Below, in pieces: positions 62,895 through 64,000 of a DNA stretch of 64,000 nucleotides. The DNA comes from Heptranchias perlo. Its lineage: Eukaryota. Made by a program: the position numbers and the translations under genes. Every line of letters starts with the position of its first letter. Within the stretch, counting starts at the first letter, position 1. Under the pieces are notes generated by a model that was not told the origin of the DNA, did not search any database, and was given only the letters and a program-made list of their open reading frames with translations. The stretch is taken from the NCBI RefSeq assembly GCF_035084215.1, contig NC_090325.1, positions 190,154,001 to 190,218,000 of the forward strand. The letters are read 5' to 3'.

Positions 62895-63300
62895 TTAGAA
62901 AGAAGAAAGATTTGTATTTCGCTATCATCTGATCGCTTCTCTCTCAAATGTCACAAAGCTCTTCGCACACAATACTTTGAAGTGCAGCGAATGTTATTAT
63001 AGAGGCAAACACGGCATCCATTTTGCACATAGCAAGGTCCCACAAATAGCAATTGAAGAATAGCCTGTCAATCTACTGGTTGAGGGAGCAATGTTAGCCA
63101 GGACTTTGGGAGAACACTCTCCTTTTATTCAAATAGTGCCATGAGATCTTTAATGTCTGGCTGAGTTATCAGAACAAGGTCATTGGTTTTGGTTCTATGA
63201 CTTGACCAAATAATGGCACCTCTAACAAGACAGCACTTTCTCAGCATTTAACTGGGACTTGAGCTTATGACCTACTGACTCAGGTGAGCTGCTACCAAGT
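62895..63300 (-). mobile_element. Degraded DeuSINE
   Basis: gcaaggtcccacaaatagc...aatagtgccatgagatc. Confidence 0.7.
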
Positions 63301-63719
63301 AAGCACTTAAGTATAATTCAATTATGTCTTTACCTAGCCTCAGCTCCTAGTAAATCTTACCAACTCCCGGCCATAGCTTATTACTTTTATTGGAACACCA
63401 GGACATGCTAACAGCCAAGCATAGGTGAAAGTGCCTTGTGTTGGGAAGGGCAGCCCAAGTTGGGATAGCTGTTGACACTCGGTGTGTTAGAATTTTTTTT
63501 CTAAATTACATTGGGGAATATAATTTCCAACTAAACACTTGGGGATAAACCAATTGCTGTGCCTTATGTGGTAGGATTCCCTTAAACATCAAAGGGCAGA
63601 GACCAGTAAAAGATTGTGTTTAGCTCCCACCCTCCTGATCCACACTGAATGTGATCTTCCAATGTCGTTATTCTCCAACTGGCTCACTGATTGTGTGGTG
63701 GGCAATTGATGTAAATATC

Positions 63720-63995
63720 AACTTAGCTCAGTTGGTAACACTTTCTTCTGAGTCTGAAGGTTGTGGGTTCAAGCCCTGCTCCGGACGTAAGCACATAATC
63801 CAGGCTGACACTACAGTCCAGTACGGAGGGACTGCTGCATTGTAGGAGATGTCTTCTTTTGGATGAGACATTGAGGCCCCTTCTGTCTGTTGAGGTAGAC
63901 ATAAAAGTTCCCTTATCACCATTCGAAGAAGAGCAGGAAGTTCTTCAGGTGTCCCAGTGAACATCCATCCCTCAACCAACACCACCTAAAAATAT
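63720..63995 (+). mobile_element. DeuSINE 5' half with tRNA-derived head
   Basis: A-box tagctcagttggt, B-box gggttcaagccc, then gaagaagagcagg...gtcccagtgaac. Confidence 0.8.
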
Positions 63996-64000
63996 CAAAC

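Noticed and set aside
63720-63800. tRNA-like sequences (also 39022-39085 and 42033-42105)
   Set aside because: A/B boxes are SINE heads continuing into SINE bodies; no complete cloverleaf.

Overview
Eukaryotic, repeat-rich genomic DNA, almost certainly from a cartilaginous fish (shark-like). This is inferred from the repeat families: CR1/HER1-like and L2 LINE fragments, DeuSINE/SacSINE1-like SINEs, Penelope-like elements (PLEs) and many MITEs. There is no complete host gene and the window looks like part of a very large intron or intergenic region. Nearly all listed ORFs are transposon fragments or chance ORFs. The best host-gene signal is one small candidate exon at 3271-3312 (or 3267-3312) with a YCAY cluster in its acceptor region. 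The most interesting structures are four PLE-type insertions. Three are 208-258 bp non-coding palindromes and one is a 1.8 kb GIY-YIG-encoding copy. All four share the same architecture: a 12-14 bp target-site duplication, an inverted arm, a 36-40 nt one-sided tail, and minimal hammerhead-ribozyme motifs. Also present: a near-perfect 186-bp inverted duplication of an old SINE, a 23-bp minisatellite inside an ancient SINE, a fold-back hairpin at the 5' end of a young LINE, and several palindromic MITE families. Repeat family names are from recall, not database searches, and boundaries of degraded repeats are approximate.
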